IMG/VR virus record: IMGVR_UViG_3300036987_000538
Span: 2,877-66,876 of that record
Strand: one strand, 5' to 3'
Origin: a virus
Length of the DNA stretch: 64,000 nt
Positions 61,407-64,000 of this stretch are shown here, in pieces. How positions within the stretch are numbered: position 1 is the first letter of the stretch; the number at the start of each line of letters is the position of its first letter. Made by a program: the position numbers and the translations under genes. A model generated the notes under the pieces. The model was not told the origin of the DNA and ran no database searches. It saw only the letters and a list, made by a program, of their open reading frames with translations.

Positions 61407-62435
61407 GTGAGCGAACAAGAGAAACCGCCGGCCGACAAAAGCGAGAGCTGGATCGCCGAAAGTGCGAAGCAGGCCGAACTCACGGCTGCGAAGCTGGCCA
61501 TGCAGAAAAAGCTCGACGCGCACATGCAGGACGTGGTCGGCGGCGTGATGACCAGCAACGCCCCAGCGAATCCATACATGCCGACGAAGTCGGGACGCGA
61601 GCTTTACGAGGCAGTACAGCGCCAGCTTGTAGAGAGGAAGTACGCGGGGGTTGATCCCGACCGCCTGTACGTGGACGACTTCAAGCGGCAGTACGTCGGC
61701 CAGTCCACCGTCCGCCCAAGGCGCGCGCCCATGGTGACCGCCTCGGGCATCCCGTTCGACATCCTGAACCCCCACCCCGAGAACGTCGACATCGTCGATG
61801 TTGCGCACCATCTGTCGCGAATCAATCGGTTCACTGGCGCCATCAAGTTTGAGCACTACTCCGTGGCGCAGCACAGCATTCTGTGCGCCAAGGTCATGCG
61901 GATCATGGCGCCGCAGTTCGAGCTGCACGCGCTCCTGCATGACGCACACGAGGCATATATCGGCGACATCTCCACACCCATGAAAAACGCGATCGAGGCG
62001 TATGCTGGGGATGGCTTGATTGCGCGCGTCGAGCAAGACGTCGAGAGCGCCGTTTGGCGCAAGCTCGGGAAAAGCGCGCTGCAGGATAAAAAACTCGTCA
62101 AGACTATCGACCTGTGGGCGTGCTGGCGCGAAAGCCACGACGTGCTCGCAGGCACACGCCCCGACGTGTGGAGGCCGCTCGACGACGAGGTTGCGCGTCG
62201 CATGGGCGGGGAGGACTTGAGCATGCTCGACAAGCAGCTCGGGCACATCACAGCCGGCTGGAGTCCAGACGTAGCAAAAGCCAAATTCCTGCAGGCGTAC
62301 ATCGACGCGGTGAAGCGGTGCAGCGTCACCGCCGTCAAGGCCAGTAACATCGGTTACCGGCCGTTCTTTATGCACCCCCGCCGCGCCGGCAAGTCGGTGC
62401 TGTTCGCTCAGAAGCACAACCTAGACACACCTTGA
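61407..62435 (+). CDS. HD-domain phosphohydrolase
   Basis: YSVAQHS ... HDAHEAYIGD metal-binding motifs. Confidence 0.5.
   Translation: MSEQEKPPADKSESWIAESAKQAELTAAKLAMQKKLDAHMQDVVGGVMTSNAPANPYMPTKSGRELYEAVQRQLVERKYAGVDPDRLYVDDFKRQYVGQSTVRPRRAPMVTASGIPFDILNPHPENVDIVDVAHHLSRINRFTGAIKFEHYSVAQHSILCAKVMRIMAPQFELHALLHDAHEAYIGDISTPMKNAIEAYAGDGLIARVEQDVESAVWRKLGKSALQDKKLVKTIDLWACWRESHDVLAGTRPDVWRPLDDEVARRMGGEDLSMLDKQLGHITAGWSPDVAKAKFLQAYIDAVKRCSVTAVKASNIGYRPFFMHPRRAGKSVLFAQKHNLDTP
62344..62357. repeat. motif A variant GTAACATCGGTTAC, intragenic
   Basis: near the 3' end of the HD hydrolase gene. Confidence 0.5.
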
Positions 62436-62442
62436 GGCTCAG

Positions 62443-62718
62443 ATGTTCGCACAGACAACACCCCGCGCGATCCAAGTCAGCTACGACGAGGCTGACATCG
62501 ACGAAGTGTCGCTGCAGGCTGCGCGGCGCATCGCGCTCGGCGCCCTCGTGAAGCGCGGCGTTCAGGATCTCAACGCGCTGACGCCGGCCGATCTCGACGC
62601 CATGTTCGCGATCTTCAAGCTCGCGTACGAGAATGTACGCGCGTCCCGTGAGCACCAGTTTGGTTCGTTCGCTTGGGCAGCTCATTTCAAGGGGCTCACC
62701 GTCGAGTCAGTCCCGTGA
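62443..62718 (+). CDS. hypothetical protein
   Basis: ORF. Confidence 0.3.
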   Translation: MFAQTTPRAIQVSYDEADIDEVSLQAARRIALGALVKRGVQDLNALTPADLDAMFAIFKLAYENVRASREHQFGSFAWAAHFKGLTVESVP

Positions 62719-63110
62719 CCGCCTATTTTGACCTCAAGACCGCCGCGAAGTTGATGCAAGATAAAGGGCTGCTCGGGCAGACCGTTAGTACGCTGCGCTC
62801 AGCGATTGCCGGCGGGCGCCTCACTGCCGTAAAAGACGGTCGCTCGTGGAGAACCACGATGGACAGTCTGAATAGCTACGAGGCAACACTTTGGCATCGC
62901 CCCCGAAAGTCGTGCTCTACGGCCCCACCACTGCCCATGGTGCCAAGCGGCGGCCGAAGCTCAAGAGGTATATCTGGTATGTCGAGTGGTACGACGAAGC
63001 CGGCACTCGACGCGAGCACTCTCTCCGCGTTGAACGTGGTGACGACTACACTGGCGCGCTTGAGAGCTTCCTCGCGGGACGCCGCGAAGTCCCAGCAGAA
63101 TCAGAACTGA
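62715..63110 (+). CDS. excisionase-like HTH protein (Xis/HTH_17-like); 3' part may be non-genuine
   Basis: N-terminal TVSTLRSAIAGGRLTAVKDGRSWRTT resembles an excisionase wHTH; the C-terminal 70 aa are Ser-rich and overlap the integrase gene. Confidence 0.35.
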   Translation: MTAYFDLKTAAKLMQDKGLLGQTVSTLRSAIAGGRLTAVKDGRSWRTTMDSLNSYEATLWHRPRKSCSTAPPLPMVPSGGRSSRGISGMSSGTTKPALDASTLSALNVVTTTLARLRASSRDAAKSQQNQN

Positions 63111-64000
63111 TCTCTGACGTTCTGGTCCGGTACTGGAACGACCACGGCCAACACACGATAAGCGCGCAGTCGCTCGGCTCTGCCGTCAAGAGGCTGCTTG
63201 AGTCGTTCGACGGCAAGACGCTCGCCGACCTGAGCGAGCAGCTCTGCCGCGATTACGAGAGGTCGCGGCCGTCCAGGGGCACTGCTCGGACGGAGCTGAC
63301 GATACTGTCTGCTGCCATCAAGCACGGCGCAGACCGCGGGAAAAACTCCTACGCGAAGGTTTGGCGCCCCGACCCGCCGCCGGGGCGCGACCGCCTGATG
63401 ACGCGCGACGAGTACGCGAGGATCATCCGTTACTGGAGGCGCGAGGTAAAGAAGGGCGACGTCGCCGTTCGGGTGGTTCGGCAACACCGGACGTACTGCA
63501 TCATTCTTCGCCTCCTGATCTCGACTGGCGCGCGGCTGAACAGCATCGTCACTCTTGGCTTCAAGCCCCGCACCGGCGGCGGGCACATAGACCTCGCCCG
63601 AGGCGTGATCGTTCTGAACCCGCACGGCCGCTCAAAAACCAAGAAAGAAAAGCCGACGATACCAATCCCGAGACATCTCATTCCCGCCTTGAAGCGAGCA
63701 CATGCTCGCAACAATGAGCACCTTTGCGTCGGGCGTCACGGCAAGCCGATCAGCATGTGGGCCTTCGAGCAGGCATGGCGAAAAGCCTGCGCCGAGCTGA
63801 AGATCGTAGGCACTAGCCCGCACTGCGTGAAGCACACGACCGTCACGGACCTTGTCGACGAAAAGCAGGACTTGGCACTGATCTCGCGACTCACCGGAAC
63901 GACGCCCGGGACTTTGTTGAAGAAATACACGCACTTACGGCCCCAATCTGTCGAGCACTTGACTAGAAGACGCCGCCCTCGACCGTTAGAGCAACAGTGA
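62891..64000 (+). CDS. int: phage integrase (tyrosine recombinase)
   Basis: arm-binding-like N-terminus KRYIWYVEWYDEAGTRREHSL; catalytic-region R (ARLNS), HCVKHTT, RLTGTTPGTLLKKYTHL (Y); ends with TGA at the window edge. Confidence 0.7.
   Translation: MASPPKVVLYGPTTAHGAKRRPKLKRYIWYVEWYDEAGTRREHSLRVERGDDYTGALESFLAGRREVPAESELISDVLVRYWNDHGQHTISAQSLGSAVKRLLESFDGKTLADLSEQLCRDYERSRPSRGTARTELTILSAAIKHGADRGKNSYAKVWRPDPPPGRDRLMTRDEYARIIRYWRREVKKGDVAVRVVRQHRTYCIILRLLISTGARLNSIVTLGFKPRTGGGHIDLARGVIVLNPHGRSKTKKEKPTIPIPRHLIPALKRAHARNNEHLCVGRHGKPISMWAFEQAWRKACAELKIVGTSPHCVKHTTVTDLVDEKQDLALISRLTGTTPGTLLKKYTHLRPQSVEHLTRRRRPRPLEQQ

Noticed and set aside
2182-62357. Motif A as rho-independent terminators
   Set aside because: The 6-bp stem with a 2-nt loop (or 5 bp with a tetraloop) has only two G-C pairs and no U-tract, and it occurs between translationally coupled genes. 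Real terminators in the window have long GC stems plus T-tracts.

Overview
The whole 64 kb window appears to be one temperate, podovirus-like phage or prophage of a high-GC (about 64-65%) Gram-negative host. I see no host genes, no CRISPR array and no rRNA. Gene layout: (i) a rightward DNA-metabolism and recombination module at 46-4024 (dNMP kinase, winged-helix protein, Sak4-like ATPase, DUF669/SSB-like protein, Cas4-like nuclease). (ii) A roughly 36 kb leftward late operon at 40236→3942: HAD phosphatase, XerC/D-like recombinase, membrane coiled-coil protein, terminase-small-like protein, terminase large subunit, P22-like portal, fiber-repeat and Gly-rich proteins, scaffold-like protein, RyR-domain protein, lambda-E-like capsid protein, decoration-like protein, tail and ejection proteins, a GNAT protein, two tail fibers sharing an N-terminus, GH108 endolysin and a holin-like protein. 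(iii) A plus-strand accessory island (30139-32830) inserted between the portal and terminase genes. (iv) A 520 bp divergent control region (40237-40754). (v) A rightward early operon at 40755-49069 containing a MoxR-type AAA+ ATPase and a vWA/HExxH partner. (vi) A leftward block at 49066-56051 with an MT-A70 adenine methyltransferase, a tRNA-like gene and a 1202-aa primase/helicase-type replication protein. (vii) A rightward block at 56144-64000 with an SPFH protein, an SF2 helicase, an HD hydrolase, an excisionase-like protein and an integrase. The most unusual feature is a 14-15 bp palindrome, GTAACA-N2-3-TGTTAC, present about 25 times. It sits at almost every gene or operon junction on both strands, often overlapping the upstream stop codon or sitting 1-30 nt upstream of the next start, and a few copies lie in frame inside genes. 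A second palindromic family, (G)TGCGA-N-TCGCA(C), occurs about 13 times, only in early and divergent intergenic regions and often next to TTGACG-type -35 boxes, which suggests operator sites. All coordinates were placed by hand and may be off by ±1-3 nt. Functional calls are motif-based, from memory of protein families, with no database search.
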